Source of the DNA: a bacterium
GTDB lineage: Bacteria > Patescibacteriota > Minisyncoccia > Phycocordibacterales > Phycocordibacteraceae
Length of the DNA: 64,000 nucleotides
Assembly: GCA_021836725.1 (NCBI GenBank)
Contig: JAKBHL010000006.1
Coordinates: 21,136-85,135 of the forward strand
Direction: 5' to 3'
The notes beneath the pieces were generated by a model. That model searched no databases, had not been told where the DNA came from, and saw only the letters and a program-made list of their open reading frames with translations. A program made the position numbers and the translations under genes. Of this stretch, positions 32,980 to 42,182 are shown in pieces. Positions within the stretch are counted from its first letter, which is position 1. Each line of letters opens with the position of its first letter.

Positions 32980-34188
32980 TTAACGGAACTGAGGCACTTC
33001 ACCGCTATCAACCAAAGACACATCATTACCCAGCTGTTCTTGCGCGGATACCGCAAAACGATAAATCGTTTGCGGGAACCATGCGGTATCCCACCCACGG
33101 ATACCACGGTGATACTCACGGACTGCAGCCGCCACGTCGCCATACGTGTCACCGAAGTATCGGCAGAATGCTCTGACCATTCGTGAAAGAAGGTATCGGC
33201 CGATCATTCCGTCAAATACGTGACTGTACTGAGACGCGATTGTCGTACCCTCTTCCTCGCCTGCGATATGTTTATCAAACTCCGGCAGACCAAGTGATCG
33301 CCGAATTGCGCTATCACTGTACGTCCCTTGGAAGTCTCGATAGATCGCTCGACGGATGGTGAGGTCCGGTCCTATCTCTGCGAGTGTGTTCTGACCATGC
33401 AGCTCGGGAAGAATGCCCCGACGCGACATGAGCAGCACCCATGATTCAAGGATCGGTCCAACGATGTCTTTGACGAAGTAATCACGCGGACGACGAGGGG
33501 CATGCAGCTTAGTCATCTGCACTAGTAACGGTTCGTCCGCGGGCGCAAACGGATCTGGTGCGTACAACGAATGGTACGGCATGAGTATCCGTTGTTCCTG
33601 AATCTGAGGAAACGCAATTGTCTCGCGGAACAATACGCCAGATCCTTCATACGTCCCCTGACTCAATACTATGCCGAGCGATTCCGGTAAAAATCCGAAT
33701 CGAACTCCTGCCGGCAATGACACTGCAAAATCACGCAAGTCCGCACAGATGCCGATACTGTGCTCGACCGAACTCCGACGCAGGCGGCGAACGAAGCGAA
33801 AGTGCTTCTTGTCCAGATCCGTTTTGATGTATATGCGCGGTCTTTGTTCTGTGAGCACAGTACGCGTTGAACTCGTCGGTTGCGCCTTGACCGCGCCAGC
33901 AATCTTCAAACCAGGACGCTGTACGTCCGGATGCCAGAAAAACTTATACGACCCGGCAACCTCGACCCAGTTCAGGAGAAACTGTGGAGCTTGAGATTCA
34001 AATACCGCGCAGTTGTGCTTGGACACCAACGCGAATGGGAAAGATATCGTAGCGGTACTCCCTTGCGGATCGTACCTCGGATCCACCTCAGAATAGTCGC
34101 TGAAGTTTCCTTTAGTATCGTTCAGGTACCGTTCTCCATAGATAGTTCGCGTGAGCGGAGCGCCCACGATGATCTGTCGCAGTTCCAT
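32980..34188 (-). CDS. hypothetical protein, possibly IucA/IucC-family or FhuF-like (weak motif match)
   Basis: LPELHGQNTL resembles the HGQN motif of NIS synthetase / FhuF-like C-terminal domains. At 402 aa it is shorter than full IucA/IucC enzymes. Confidence 0.3.
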   Translation of the reverse strand: MELRQIIVGAPLTRTIYGERYLNDTKGNFSDYSEVDPRYDPQGSTATISFPFALVSKHNCAVFESQAPQFLLNWVEVAGSYKFFWHPDVQRPGLKIAGAVKAQPTSSTRTVLTEQRPRIYIKTDLDKKHFRFVRRLRRSSVEHSIGICADLRDFAVSLPAGVRFGFLPESLGIVLSQGTYEGSGVLFRETIAFPQIQEQRILMPYHSLYAPDPFAPADEPLLVQMTKLHAPRRPRDYFVKDIVGPILESWVLLMSRRGILPELHGQNTLAEIGPDLTIRRAIYRDFQGTYSDSAIRRSLGLPEFDKHIAGEEEGTTIASQYSHVFDGMIGRYLLSRMVRAFCRYFGDTYGDVAAAVREYHRGIRGWDTAWFPQTIYRFAVSAQEQLGNDVSLVDSGEVPQFR

Positions 34189-34286
34189 ATTCCTACCCTC
34201 ACAATGTGCTGTTGAAACTGAGGATATCTTTACTATTGTATCGGCGCAATGTCAACGGGTCGTACTGGTTCAGTGTCAGAAGAAAC

Positions 34287-34322
34287 GGAAGCGCCCCACG
34301 CTTCCTTCCCGTCGCAGTAACA
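34287..34322. repeat. 36-bp direct repeat, copy 2, immediately 3' of tRNA-Asn and its terminator hairpin
   Basis: Identical to 31061-31096. Confidence 0.8.
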
Positions 34323-34354
34323 TAAAACCGCCTCGTGGCGGTTTTAGCGTTCTG

Positions 34355-34426
34355 CTCCGGGAGCAGGACTCGAACCTGCAACCAACGCCTTAACAGGGCG
34401 CTGCTCTACCATTGAGCTATCCCGGA
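34355..34426 (-). tRNA. tRNA-Asn (anticodon GTT)
   Basis: Minus-strand cloverleaf TCCGGGA-TA-GCTC-AATGGTA-GAGC-A-GCGCC-CTGTTAA-GGCGT-TGGTT-GCAGG-TTCGAGT-CCTGC-TCCCGGA-G. CCA is not encoded. Confidence 0.85.
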
Positions 34427-34501
34427 ATGTGTCTCTAACGAACCTCCGCATTCTAGCGTAAACATCCTGTGCCGCAAAGTGGCATGAGGTATACTCTCCG
34501 A

Positions 34502-34981
34502 ATGGCCCTAACACTTACGAGCACTGCATTTGCGGATAATGAGAAGATTCCTGCAAAATATACCTGCGATGGCGAGCGTTTGCTCGCGCCGCCGCTCTCC
34601 ATTTCTGGCGTACCGGCGGGGACGAAATCGCTTGCGCTCATCATGGACGACCCCGACATCCCGACAGTAGCGAAAAAAGCACGCGGCATCGAAGAGCTCA
34701 ATCATTGGGTGCTCTATAACATTCCCGCTGCCACGATTGAAATTCCGGAAGGCGGCGCTTTGGGCGACACCGGCAAAAACGGTATCGGGACCGCCGCGTA
34801 CATAGGCCCTTGTCCGCCGCCCGAACACGAACCGTCCGAGCATCGCTACATTTTTACGCTCTATGCACTTTCGGGGACGGTTAGCTTTGCCACACCGCCA
34901 GCAAAAGCGGAGCTCGTCGCGGCGATCACGCCGCTTGTGATTGAGCAAGCGACACTCACCGGCCGTTACTCCCGAAAATAA
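34502..34981 (+). CDS. YbhB/YbcL-family PEBP (Raf-kinase-inhibitor-like) protein
   Basis: IMDDPDIP (DPDxP) and HRYIFTLYAL (HRYxFxLYAL) PEBP signatures. Confidence 0.75.
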   Translation: MALTLTSTAFADNEKIPAKYTCDGERLLAPPLSISGVPAGTKSLALIMDDPDIPTVAKKARGIEELNHWVLYNIPAATIEIPEGGALGDTGKNGIGTAAYIGPCPPPEHEPSEHRYIFTLYALSGTVSFATPPAKAELVAAITPLVIEQATLTGRYSRK

Positions 34982-34983
34982 TC

Positions 34984-35223
34984 ATGCTGATCCTCTACTC
35001 CCGGCCGACATGCCCGTTCTGCCACAGAGTGCTCGACACGGCCGGAGAACTCGGTCTCACCCTTGAGAAAAAAGATATTGCCGATCCGGCAATCGCCGCC
35101 GAACTCCTCGAACGAGGCGGCAAGCAGCAGGTGCCGTATCTCGTCGATACCGCGCGCGGCGTGGAGATGTATGAATCGATGGATATCGACGCCTATCTAC
35201 GCGCGCAGTACGCGAAATCCTGA
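34984..35223 (+). CDS. glutaredoxin-like protein
   Basis: LILYSRPTCPFCHRV carries the CPFC active site in a thioredoxin fold. 79 aa. Confidence 0.75.
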   Translation: MLILYSRPTCPFCHRVLDTAGELGLTLEKKDIADPAIAAELLERGGKQQVPYLVDTARGVEMYESMDIDAYLRAQYAKS

Positions 35224-35438
35224 TGTACCTCAAGGTATTCGTCACGCCGGGCGCCAAACGCGAACGCGTCGAAGAAAAAGGAGAGACGCTCGTGATCTCA
35301 GTGCGGGAGGCGGCGCAAGGGAATCAGGCGAACGCGCGGGTGCGCGCGATCGTCGCCGCGCGATTTGACGTACCGTTCGGGAAAGTACGAGTTCTCGCCG
35401 GTCACCGCTCGCGTTCGAAGATGCTCAGCATCGGCTAA
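35223..35438 (+). CDS. DUF167 (YggU-like, UPF0235) protein
   Basis: LKVFVTPGAKRERVEEKGETLVISVREAAQGNQANARVRAIVAARFDVPFGKVRVLAGHRSRSK fits the DUF167 pattern. ATG overlaps the glutaredoxin stop. Confidence 0.6.
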   Translation: MYLKVFVTPGAKRERVEEKGETLVISVREAAQGNQANARVRAIVAARFDVPFGKVRVLAGHRSRSKMLSIG

Positions 35439-35440
35439 TG

Positions 35441-35476
35441 AAAGAAACCGCCGCAGCTTTGCTACGGCGGTTTTCT
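35441..35476. terminator. bidirectional terminator hairpin
   Basis: AAACCGCCG-CAGCTTTGCTA-CGGCGGTTTTCTC. The convergent peroxiredoxin stop codon lies inside it. Confidence 0.6.
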
Positions 35477-36043
35477 CATGCTTTCTTTCCGCTGCTGCGC
35501 GCTGCCCTTGAGGTACGCGAGTAGCGTATCCGCGTCCGACACCTCGAAAGGATCATCAGGACAATCATCGGAGAATCCCGGCTCGCTGAAAAGCTTCTTG
35601 ATGATGCCGTCCTCTACGAACATGCTGTAGCGCCAGGAGCGCTCGCCGAAACCGAGATTTTCTTTTTTCACGAGCATACCCATGCCGCGCGCAAACTCGC
35701 CGTTGCCGTCAGGGAGCATCTTCACTTTCTTCACGCCGAGCTTGTCAGCCCACTGCTTCATGACGAATGCGTCATTTACCGAGAGGCAATAGACCTCGTC
35801 GATGCCGAGCATTTTGAATTCGTCATATTTCGCTTCGAAGCCGGGAAGATGCGTCGACGAGCAGGTCGGCGTAAAAGCGCCCGGGAGCCCGAAGACGACG
35901 ATCTTTTTACCGTTAAAGATTTCACTCGAGGAAACGTCCTGCCAGCGATAGGGATTGTCGCCGCCGACAGACTCGTCGCGCACGCGGGTCTTGAAAGTCA
36001 CTTCCGGCACTCGCACGCCTTCTTTGCGCAGTTCATGAGCCAT
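35462..36043 (-). CDS. peroxiredoxin (Prx5-type, AhpC/TSA family)
   Basis: VVFGLPGAFTPTCSSTHLPGF carries the Prx5 peroxidatic-Cys motif. Confidence 0.85.
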   Translation of the reverse strand: MAHELRKEGVRVPEVTFKTRVRDESVGGDNPYRWQDVSSSEIFNGKKIVVFGLPGAFTPTCSSTHLPGFEAKYDEFKMLGIDEVYCLSVNDAFVMKQWADKLGVKKVKMLPDGNGEFARGMGMLVKKENLGFGERSWRYSMFVEDGIIKKLFSEPGFSDDCPDDPFEVSDADTLLAYLKGSAQQRKESMRKPP

Positions 36044-36179
36044 AAGTCAGATAAGGTTACATCGGTCGCAATTGGTAAAAGTTGTGCACGTAGCATAGCA
36101 AAAGCTCCGAGTGAGGCAAGATTCTTACCCCGGGCGGCGTACTAATGCGTGATACCATTGAGTCGTAACAGAACCTGCC

Positions 36180-36542
36180 ATGAACACCATCATCAAATCG
36201 GCCAAGTATGAACTCACCTCCGAGACAGAAGCGCTCCTGAAAGAAAAGCTCGAAGCTCCGCTCCGGCTTCTTGGAGAAGAGGCTGACAGAGCATTGCTCG
36301 AGATAGAAATAGAACATGCGCCGCCGGAAGGGCGTTCGGCCGAACCGACGCGTCTTGTCGCGCGGCTGAGCGCCGCCGGAAAAGTCTTTCACGCCGAAGC
36401 GGTGAAGCCGACGCCCGAAAGCGCGGCCGACAGGGTGCGGAGCGAACTTGAAGCGGAAATACGCCGGTCGCGCGGCCGCGCGCGCCGCCTGGTGCGCGCG
36501 GGGAGCGCGAGGATAAAAAAGATGCTGCGTTTTGAACGCTAA
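36180..36542 (+). CDS. hpf: ribosome hibernation promoting factor / RaiA-family protein (short form)
   Basis: 120 aa with the charged EAEIRRSRGRARR tail and overall HPF pattern. Medium confidence. Confidence 0.6.
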   Translation: MNTIIKSAKYELTSETEALLKEKLEAPLRLLGEEADRALLEIEIEHAPPEGRSAEPTRLVARLSAAGKVFHAEAVKPTPESAADRVRSELEAEIRRSRGRARRLVRAGSARIKKMLRFER

Positions 36543-37369
36543 GCGCCCTTCAGGTAAGGCATCTCGCGTCTGCCCTCGGGAATGACGCGTTCGATGAGGA
36601 ACCGTCCGTCCCTGAAAGACGCTTTCGTTATCTTTATGCGTTTCCCATCCGCAAAGAAATATGTGCCGATGGTGTCGGCATAGGCGCGATACTTGTTCCA
36701 GTTCTCCTCTGCCGATGCATCGAGCGAAAGCAATCCGTCCTCTTTCTTCCGTTTCGGCGCGCGCGTAGCGCGCGCCGCCTCCTGCGGAGTGAGTGTGATC
36801 TCGCCCTGCAGGAATGCGGGAAGGGTATCGGCGAGCATCTGCGCGCCCAGGGTGATAAGCCGCGGGCGAAGCTCGCGCGCCGTCTCCTCAGGCGCTATAG
36901 CCGTCTCTTTTTGCGTGAGGATGGCGCCGGCATCGAGCTCTTGCGCCATCTTTTGGATGGTGACGCCGGTCATCGCGTCGCCCGCAAGAAGCGCCGCTTC
37001 AAGCGGCGCCGCGCCGCGGTACTTCGGCAAAAGCGAGTAATGGATGTTCAGCACGCCCTTGGGGAAAGCGGCTATGAGCGCTTCGGGGAATATCTTGCCG
37101 TACGCGACGACGACCGCGTAGTCGCACTCGAGCGCGCGGATTGCCGCGACCGCCGCGTCATCGAGCTTCTCCGGCGTCATCACGGGGATGTTCCGCTCCC
37201 GCGCCGCCGTCTTTACCGGCGAGGGCGTGAGCGCGAGGCCGCGCCCTTGCAGTGCGTCCGGAGAAGTCACCACGGCACGGGGAACGAAGCCGCGCTCGAT
37301 GAGAATCGCGAGCGTGTCGCGCGCGACTTCCGGCGTGCCGAAATAGATAAAATTATGCGTCGGGTTCAT
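36539..37369 (-). CDS. fmt: methionyl-tRNA formyltransferase
   Basis: IYFGTPEVARDTLAILIERGF, VVTSPDALQGRG, LNIHYSLLPKYRGAAP (formyltransferase SLLP motif). Confidence 0.85.
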   Translation of the reverse strand: MNPTHNFIYFGTPEVARDTLAILIERGFVPRAVVTSPDALQGRGLALTPSPVKTAARERNIPVMTPEKLDDAAVAAIRALECDYAVVVAYGKIFPEALIAAFPKGVLNIHYSLLPKYRGAAPLEAALLAGDAMTGVTIQKMAQELDAGAILTQKETAIAPEETARELRPRLITLGAQMLADTLPAFLQGEITLTPQEAARATRAPKRKKEDGLLSLDASAEENWNKYRAYADTIGTYFFADGKRIKITKASFRDGRFLIERVIPEGRREMPYLKGA

Positions 37370-37973
37370 GGGGGATGTGGACGAGGTTTTCGGCGTGATC
37401 GATGAAGAGGATACCGTTCAAATGATCCATTTCGTGCTCGAATATCTGTGCCATGAGGCCGCCCGCGCCGCGCTCAAACGAAGATCCGTCCGGGCGCCGC
37501 GCGCGCACGGTGACGCGTTCATGCCGGCGCGTCGTGCCGTACACTCCGCGGACCGAGAGGCATCCTTCCTCGGCTTGCGCGCGCTTGCGCGAAGTCTTTA
37601 TTATTTTCGGATTGATGTACACCGCTACCTCCGCAGTGAGGCGGGGAGAGGACTCGCTCGTTTGGACGGGGGAGGGAAGCGAGCGATCGTTGCGTACGAT
37701 GAAAAGACGATAGGAAACTCCAATTTGCGGGGCGGCGAGCGCAACGCCCTCGGGTTCGTGGTCGAGAGATTCTTCCATAGAGGCGATAAGGCGCATGAGC
37801 TCCGCGCTGCCGAAGAGCTCCTCCGGCACCGGCGCAGCCGTTTCGCGCAGCACCGGCGCTCCGTCCTGCACGATTTCTTCCGTACGGTCGCGCGGGACCA
37901 TGCTTCGCGATTCTCCCGTGTCCGCTGAGACGCGACTTCCTTCCGAATCATTCATGATGCGCCTATCATACAC
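37353..37973 (-). CDS. def: peptide deformylase (N-terminal start uncertain; may begin at the MVPRD codon at about 37901)
   Basis: EGCLSV and QIFEHEMDHLNG (HExxH) deformylase motifs. Overlaps fmt by 17 nt in a def-fmt operon. Confidence 0.8.
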   Translation of the reverse strand: MYDRRIMNDSEGSRVSADTGESRSMVPRDRTEEIVQDGAPVLRETAAPVPEELFGSAELMRLIASMEESLDHEPEGVALAAPQIGVSYRLFIVRNDRSLPSPVQTSESSPRLTAEVAVYINPKIIKTSRKRAQAEEGCLSVRGVYGTTRRHERVTVRARRPDGSSFERGAGGLMAQIFEHEMDHLNGILFIDHAENLVHIPHEPDA

Positions 37974-38004
37974 TCCGGGAAGGGTTTCGCGCGATTAGGA
38001 TCCC

Positions 38005-38120
38005 CCCGCGAGGGGTGTGCGACGGAAAGGAGTACGCCGTCTTTTTCTGCTCTAAAAGCGGCTCGTACTCGCCCCGTCGGGCTCCGTAAGCCTCTTTCAA
38101 CCGCACACCCCTCGCGGGGC
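38005..38120. repeat. palindromic repeat element, copy 4 (inner palindrome only, reverse orientation, outer arms missing)
   Basis: CCCGCGAGGGGTGTGCGACGGAAAGGAGTACGCCGTCTTTTTCTGCTCTAAAAGCGGCTCGTACTCGCC...CTCTTTCAACCGCACACCCCTCGCGGGG. Confidence 0.65.
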
Positions 38121-38187
38121 CGGTCAAATCTCCTAAGATGTCATCTTGAAGATGCTATCTTGGGAGATTTGGGAGATTGAGGGGATT

Positions 38188-38481
38188 CTAGTGTTTTTTC
38201 GGGTCAAGCTCCCACCAGAACTTTTTGCTGAAATTTTTTGCCTGGCTGCACACGCTCTTGAGGTAATAGAGATCCGCGGTCGGGATGCCCTCGATTTCTG
38301 CGCCGAGGCGCGCCATCGTAAGCGGAACGAGGCCGTCCTGTTTGCGGGAATAGTTCAGATGACGGAGGAAAAAACGCATCAGTTCTCCGCGCTCCGTCTC
38401 GCGTTTCCGTCCCTTCGGCGCCGCCGCCGCTCTTTTCTCGATATCGGGAAGAATATCGCGGATGGGTTTCATCCCGTTCAT
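38188..38481 (-). CDS. hypothetical protein downstream of murA
   Basis: 97-aa ORF, GC-rich and co-directional with murA. No motif recognised. Confidence 0.35.
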   Translation of the reverse strand: MNGMKPIRDILPDIEKRAAAAPKGRKRETERGELMRFFLRHLNYSRKQDGLVPLTMARLGAEIEGIPTADLYYLKSVCSQAKNFSKKFWWELDPKKH

Positions 38482-38511
38482 TCTAAACCAGGCGCGCCGC
38501 CGCCGCGACGG

Positions 38512-39831
38512 TCAGTCCGTGTGCGCTTCGATGGACGCGCCGAGGCGTTGGAGGCGCAGGACGATGTCCTCATAGCCCCGGTTGATGCTGTATACGTTCC
38601 GGAGCGTCGAGCGGCCTTTTGCGGCGAGCATCGCGACGAGGATAATGGTCGCGGGCCGCAGCGCCGGCGGGCAGATGACTTCGGCGGCCTTGAGACGGGA
38701 CGGGCCCTCAATCGAGATGCGGTGCGGGTCGTGGAGGATGGTCGTCGCGCCAAGCCGGTCAAGCTCGGTGTAATAAATCGCACGTTTTTCGTACACCCAG
38801 TCGTGGATGAGCGTCATGCCTTTGGCTTGCGTGGCGATGACCGCAAAGAAGGGAAGATTGTCGATATTGAGGCCCGGGTACGGCCGCGCATGGATCTTTT
38901 CGGGGAACGCGATGAGCACGGATGGTTCAACAGTTATGTCGACAAGCTTCGTGATCCCGTTTTCAGAAACGCGCCGATTGGACAGCGAGAACGCAAGACC
39001 CATTTTCTCAAGTACGAGCAATTCGACTTCGAGAAACTCGATCGGCGCGGCGGCGATGGTGATGGCGGAACCGGTCACCGCCGCCGCCGCGAGAAAGAAC
39101 ATCGCATCGGTCGGATCCTCGGCAACGCTGTAGGAGACATCGCGGTCGATAGTGGCGACGCCCTCGATGCGGAGCGTCGTCGAACCGACGCCCTCGACTT
39201 TGACGCCGAGCGCGCGCAAAAAGCCGCACACTTCCTGCACCTGGTAATTTGCCGAGGCATACTTAATGACGCTCGCGCCCTCAATGCGTGCGGCGGCAAA
39301 AATCGCATTGATAGTCGCCGTGTCGCTCGATTCGTACAGAATAACCTCTGCCGGGCGGAGTCCCTCGTACGTGACATGATAATTATCCGAACGCGCTTCT
39401 ATCGCGACGCCGAATTTCTCAAGCGCCATGAGGTGCGGGCGCACGGAACGCAGCCCGAGCGTGCAGCCGCCCGATTGCGGCAATTCAAACTCTTTCAGAG
39501 CGTGGAGTAGGGGACCGATGAACATCAGGATGCTGCGCGTCTTCATCGCGGCGGCGCGGTCGATCGTCTCGAGTGAGAATTTCTGCGGCGGCTCCAGAGA
39601 GACGCTCGTTCCCTGCCATGTCACCGTGACGCCGATGGAACGGAGGACTTCGATGAGACGGTTGACCTCTTCGATTTTCGGCACATGGTCGAGGATCGTC
39701 TGTCCGCGGTTGAGCAGAGAAGCGGCTAGAAGCGCGACCGCGCCGTTTTTCGAGCGGCTCGTCTCCACGCGGCCGTGCAGCTTTTGTCCGCCCTCGATGA
39801 TGAAGTTCATCCCTTCCTGCATGCGGGACAT
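38512..39831 (-). CDS. murA: UDP-N-acetylglucosamine 1-carboxyvinyltransferase MurA
   Basis: MNFIIEGGQKLHGRVETS..., GGCTLGLRSVRPHLMALEKFG (catalytic Cys loop), INRGYEDIVLRLQRLGASIE C-terminus. AAGGTGG RBS before the MSRMQEG start. The longer N-terminal extension in the ORF track was rejected. Confidence 0.85.
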   Translation of the reverse strand: MSRMQEGMNFIIEGGQKLHGRVETSRSKNGAVALLAASLLNRGQTILDHVPKIEEVNRLIEVLRSIGVTVTWQGTSVSLEPPQKFSLETIDRAAAMKTRSILMFIGPLLHALKEFELPQSGGCTLGLRSVRPHLMALEKFGVAIEARSDNYHVTYEGLRPAEVILYESSDTATINAIFAAARIEGASVIKYASANYQVQEVCGFLRALGVKVEGVGSTTLRIEGVATIDRDVSYSVAEDPTDAMFFLAAAAVTGSAITIAAAPIEFLEVELLVLEKMGLAFSLSNRRVSENGITKLVDITVEPSVLIAFPEKIHARPYPGLNIDNLPFFAVIATQAKGMTLIHDWVYEKRAIYYTELDRLGATTILHDPHRISIEGPSRLKAAEVICPPALRPATIILVAMLAAKGRSTLRNVYSINRGYEDIVLRLQRLGASIEAHTD

Positions 39832-39889
39832 AGTACCACCTTGCACCGGGGCTTTGCGCGAGTGCGGAGGGCGCGATACTATACGCACA

Positions 39890-40915
39890 ATGCCTTTCTT
39901 TTCTCCGAAGCTCGGTATCGATCTCGGGACGACCAATGTCCTCGTATTCGTGCCGGGCAAGGGCGTCGTGATAAACGAGCCCTCGGTTGTCGCGGTGAGC
40001 AAGGCGCACGGCAAGCACGGCGGCAACAAGATCCTTGCCATCGGTGCGGAAGCGAAACGGATGGTGGGCCGCACGCCCGACGACATCATCGCGTATCGTC
40101 CCATGAAAGACGGCGTCATCGCCGATTACCGCGTGACCGAGGCGATGTTGCGCTACTTCATGCGCAAAGCGCTCGGAAAAAATCCGTTCAAACCGACCGT
40201 GCTCGTTTCGGTCCCGGCGGGCGTGTCTTCGACCGAGAAGCGCGCCGTCATCGAAGCGGCGATGAAAGCGGGCGCAAAGAACGCGTTCGTGGTGAAAGAG
40301 CCGATACTCGCGGCTATCGGCGCGGGCATCCCCATCCATGAACCTATGGGGCGAATGGTCGTGGACATCGGCGGCGGCACGATCGACGTCGCGGTGATCT
40401 CGCTCGGCGGCATCGTCGCTTCGACTTCCGTAAAGTGCGCCGGCGATCGCCTCGACCGCGCGATCACCGATCACGTCAAAAAGCAATACAATCTCGCCAT
40501 CGGCGACAAAACCGCGGAAGAGATGAAGATAAAAGTCGGTGCGGCGGTGCCGCTAAACGAAGAACTCACGCTTGCGGTCAAGGGGCGCGATCTCATTTCC
40601 GGCTTGCCGCGCACTGTCGATGTCTCAACCAACGATCTCGTGCAGGCGATGGCGCGGGAACTGCGCGAAATGACGCAGGCGATACGCAAGGTGCTCCAGG
40701 ATACGCCGCCGGAACTCGCCGCCGATATCATCGATAACGGCATCATCCTTACCGGCGGCTCCTCGCAGCTACGCCAGATGCCGGAACTCGTGTACCGCCG
40801 CACGGGTGTCGTCGCCAAACTCGCGCAGGATCCCTACTACTGCGTCGCTCGCGGCACCGGTATCGCGCTCAAGCATCTGGATACGTATCAGAAAAGCATT
40901 TTGGCAAAAAAATAG
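39890..40915 (+). CDS. mreB: rod shape-determining protein MreB (copy 1)
   Basis: LGIDLGTTNVLVFV, DIGGGT, and actin-fold phosphate motifs. Divergent from murA across a 58-bp spacer. The upstream 154 codons of the track ORF were rejected. Confidence 0.85.
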   Translation: MPFFSPKLGIDLGTTNVLVFVPGKGVVINEPSVVAVSKAHGKHGGNKILAIGAEAKRMVGRTPDDIIAYRPMKDGVIADYRVTEAMLRYFMRKALGKNPFKPTVLVSVPAGVSSTEKRAVIEAAMKAGAKNAFVVKEPILAAIGAGIPIHEPMGRMVVDIGGGTIDVAVISLGGIVASTSVKCAGDRLDRAITDHVKKQYNLAIGDKTAEEMKIKVGAAVPLNEELTLAVKGRDLISGLPRTVDVSTNDLVQAMARELREMTQAIRKVLQDTPPELAADIIDNGIILTGGSSQLRQMPELVYRRTGVVAKLAQDPYYCVARGTGIALKHLDTYQKSILAKK

Positions 40916-40938
40916 GCGCGGCGCGGTACACTAACCCC

Positions 40939-41619
40939 ATGCGGCACCATGCATTCGTTGTCGAAGCGGGAGCGGAGGAGGGGATAGCTATCGCACAGGA
41001 ATGGGCGGCGCGAGAGCTCGGGATGCAGACGCGGGGGAACCCGGACATCGTCGCCCTGCGCCACGGCCTCCTTTCGGTTGAAGATGCGCGGCGCGTCACG
41101 GAGCTTGCCGCGTCCGCGCCGTTTGCGGGCGAGTCCAAGGTGCTCATCGTGAGCGCAAGCCGCGCCTACCACGAGGCACAGAACGCGCTCCTGAAGCTTT
41201 TTGAAGAACCGCCGGAAGGCACCTACCTTTTCCTCATTCTGCCGAACGCGGGCGGGCTTCTGCCAACACTGCGTTCCCGCGTGCATGTCCTTGGCGCCCC
41301 CGCGGCATCTCCGGCGACCCGCCAGGCGGAAGCCGCGGCGTTCATGAAAGCCGGGAAAGAGGCGCGCAGCGCGCTCATCAAAAGACTTGCAAGCGGAAAG
41401 GACGAAGAGACGCGGCGCGCGAATCGCGACGAAGCCCTGCGCATCGTAAACGGCATGGAGGCTGCCGCTTATGCCGCGCTGAAGGAGTCCGGCGGCGCGT
41501 CCGTTACCGCGTTTCTCTCGGATATCGCGACGGTACGCGGATACCTCTACGACCGGAGCGCCCCCGTGCGCATGATCCTGGAACATCTTTCGCTCGTCAT
41601 GCCGAAGAATTTGCTATGA
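40939..41619 (+). CDS. holB: DNA polymerase III delta/delta-prime-like subunit, short form lacking an N-terminal P-loop
   Basis: LLKLFEEPP clamp-loader motif. 226 aa. No GxxxxGK(S/T) at the N-terminus. Confidence 0.55.
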   Translation: MRHHAFVVEAGAEEGIAIAQEWAARELGMQTRGNPDIVALRHGLLSVEDARRVTELAASAPFAGESKVLIVSASRAYHEAQNALLKLFEEPPEGTYLFLILPNAGGLLPTLRSRVHVLGAPAASPATRQAEAAAFMKAGKEARSALIKRLASGKDEETRRANRDEALRIVNGMEAAAYAALKESGGASVTAFLSDIATVRGYLYDRSAPVRMILEHLSLVMPKNLL

Positions 41620-41626
41620 TGCGCCT

Positions 41627-42178
41627 ATGGCATACGATTTCTCCGCGCTGAAGAATGACATCAAAGAGACCGAAGAGTGGCTGGTGCGCGAGCTCTCCGG
41701 AGTTCGCACCGGCCGCGCGACGCCGGCCCTGCTTGATGGCGTGAAAGTCGAGGCATACGGTGCGCGCACGCCGCTTGCGCAACTCGCTTCCGTTTCGATC
41801 GAGGATGCGCGCACGCTCCGCGTCATCTCCTGGGACAGCGCGCTTTTGAAAGCGATTGAGAAAGGCATTACGGAAGCGGATCTCGGCGTCGGCGTCGCGA
41901 CCGATGATCAGGGCCTGCGGATATCGTTCCCCGAACTCACGAGCGAACGGCGCGTACAGCTTTTGAAGATCGCGGGCGATAAAACCGAACAAGCGAAAGT
42001 GACGTTACGCTCGCATCGCACCGATGCGCTCCGGGCGCTCGACGCGCTCTTAAAAGACGGAGGGACCGGCAAGGACGAGATCACGCGGCTGCGGAACGAG
42101 GTTCAAAAACTCATCGACGCGGGCACCGATACGCTCGGCGAGGCCCTCAAGAAAAAAGAGGCCGAAATCGCCCGCTAG
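41627..42178 (+). CDS. frr: ribosome recycling factor
   Basis: 183 aa. LSGVRTGRATPALLDGVKVEAYG and ISFPELTSERR RRF signatures. Confidence 0.85.
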   Translation: MAYDFSALKNDIKETEEWLVRELSGVRTGRATPALLDGVKVEAYGARTPLAQLASVSIEDARTLRVISWDSALLKAIEKGITEADLGVGVATDDQGLRISFPELTSERRVQLLKIAGDKTEQAKVTLRSHRTDALRALDALLKDGGTGKDEITRLRNEVQKLIDAGTDTLGEALKKKEAEIAR

Positions 42179-42182
42179 CTCG

